This document shows positions 62,851-64,000 of a stretch of 64,000 bases of DNA, one piece after another. The first letter of the stretch is position 1. Every line of letters begins with the position of its first letter. The notes under the pieces are model-generated. The model did no database searches, was not told the DNA's origin, and saw only the letters and a list, made by a program, of their open reading frames with translations. The DNA lies in IMG/VR virus record IMGVR_UViG_3300029914_000004. One strand, written 5' to 3'. The position numbers and the translations under genes are program-made. Source of the DNA: a virus (taxonomy: Duplodnaviria > Heunggongvirae > Uroviricota > Caudoviricetes).

Positions 62851-64000
62851 TTATTTTACCGACCTAAGCAAAATACTATCTTTGTTTAAGCATTCTTTCA
62901 AACGAGTTGCCACCGCACGAATATCATTGAACCACTTGATAACGCCTGGCTTTCCATAATTATTGAATTGTTTCAGTTGCTCTGCTGGCTTACGCAAAGT
63001 TTTTTGAACACTTTTCACTGTATCGAGATTAAGAATTCGCGTTCCTTTTACATCAAGAGTTGAATTGGACAATGCAACATAATGTCCCAACTTCTTTGTG
63101 CGAGTATTATATGTCCAAATTTCAGAACTCTTCAAAATCTGAGTTGGATCAAAACTTTCCAACTTCAACCCAGCGAAAGTCTTAGTAAACTTCAACTTAC
63201 CAACAACTTTAGCAGGAGCAATAATCTTCTTTTTTCGTGCTTTGCGTGTACTTTTCTTGAGTTGCCCAAAGCTATTAAAATCATTGATAGCTTGTTCCCA
63301 CCATGCGATAGCAGCTTTTATTTCTCGCTTTCCCAAATGAGAATACGCTTCAGAAATTTGTTCATCTTTTCCAGTTTGAGCCAATTGATATTCGCTCAAG
63401 TAACGAGTTGCATAATCAATCAAGTCTTTCATTCGATTGCTGGGAGCAGATGTTTCTGGTTTTGCAAGAATCGCCATTACTGGGCGTGAAGAAATTGGTG
63501 TTCGATAATCAGCAACAATAAACTGATCAAATGCAGCATCGATCTCTCCCTTTACCACTTTCAATTTTGCTGAAATGTATTCTTGAATGTTTGGCTTTGT
63601 ATTTTTTGCGTCAGAAGATTCCACTGATACTTTTTGATTGTCTAAGCATTCACGCAGCGCCTTGACAATTCGCCTGCGCTCTGCAAAACGCAAAACTAAT
63701 CCCATTCTCGCCATGCGAATCAAACAAGCTGATGTATGCGCGATTGGCAAAGTGCTATTTTTAATCCCCACAATTAGATCAGGAAAATGACCGCTTGCGC
63801 TGAGAGCAGACAATGCTAAATCATTGATATTCTTATCTTCTTGCAAAGAATTTGAATACCAATTAAATGCAATTAACATATGATTTTCATAATCATTTTT
63901 GCTCCACAACTTTTGCTCTTCAACAGAAGGATAAAGATGTTCCTCTTCGCCAATAAACTTGGCGCCGTCTGCTTTGAACTTGAGAGTCTGTGTGGTTTTT
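62851..64000 (-). CDS. hypothetical protein, 5'-partial (ORF continues beyond the window end)
   Basis: The reading frame stays open upstream of the listed TTG/Met to position 64000. Confidence 0.5.
   Translation of the reverse strand, partial: KTTQTLKFKADGAKFIGEEEHLYPSVEEQKLWSKNDYENHMLIAFNWYSNSLQEDKNINDLALSALSASGHFPDLIVGIKNSTLPIAHTSACLIRMARMGLVLRFAERRRIVKALRECLDNQKVSVESSDAKNTKPNIQEYISAKLKVVKGEIDAAFDQFIVADYRTPISSRPVMAILAKPETSAPSNRMKDLIDYATRYLSEYQLAQTGKDEQISEAYSHLGKREIKAAIAWWEQAINDFNSFGQLKKSTRKARKKKIIAPAKVVGKLKFTKTFAGLKLESFDPTQILKSSEIWTYNTRTKKLGHYVALSNSTLDVKGTRILNLDTVKSVQKTLRKPAEQLKQFNNYGKPGVIKWFNDIRAVATRLKECLNKDSILLRSVK

Noticed and set aside
1-64000. Prophage or integrative element interpretation
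   Set aside because: No integrase, recombinase or repressor was seen. The gene content (RNA ligases, Pnkp, clamp loader, tail fibres, tRNAs, dense early-gene arrays) fits a lytic T4-like genome segment.

Overview
This window reads as an AT-rich (roughly 30-32% GC by eye), gene-dense segment of a large virulent tailed phage genome. Several hallmarks resemble T4-like phages: Rnl1-like and Rnl5-like RNA ligases, a polynucleotide kinase/phosphatase, a gp44-like clamp loader, a gp31/GroES-like co-chaperonin, dUTPase, ThyX and long tail-fibre genes. The + strand from 1-48 kb carries early-type genes and many tiny ORFs; the - strand from 48-64 kb carries replication and tail-fibre genes. Three tRNAs lie at 338-1684; two of them are atypical type II tRNAs. 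At 37.3-37.7 kb there is a strong candidate for a circularly permuted (two-piece) tmRNA-like RNA. Host-takeover and metabolic genes include ClpX, ClpS, IF-1, NadA, GuaC, a QueD-like enzyme, a CCA-adding enzyme, an RlmN-like radical SAM enzyme, a PP2C phosphatase, a SpoT-type HD hydrolase, a Nudix hydrolase and two metallophosphoesterases. At least eight loci (seven intact genes plus one 3' remnant) carry a DUF4116-like tandem-repeat gene, and every intact copy sits behind the same sigma70-like promoter, TTGACA-N17-TATNNT followed by 6 nt and then ATG, which is a leaderless arrangement. The same promoter also drives GC-richer genes that look like acquired cassettes. A large paralogous family of small proteins shares a C-terminal ...EKLSE-type motif; one subset is a seven-gene translationally coupled array at 37742-39056. 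A radical-SAM-like enzyme with a CX14CX2C motif is flanked by three paralogous small proteins and looks like a RiPP-type locus. An SPFH/band-7 gene is disrupted by a frameshift and an in-frame stop. A dUTPase carries an N-terminal LAGLIDADG/zinc-finger module. All coordinates I derived by hand may be off by 1-2 nt; ORF-track coordinates are used wherever possible.
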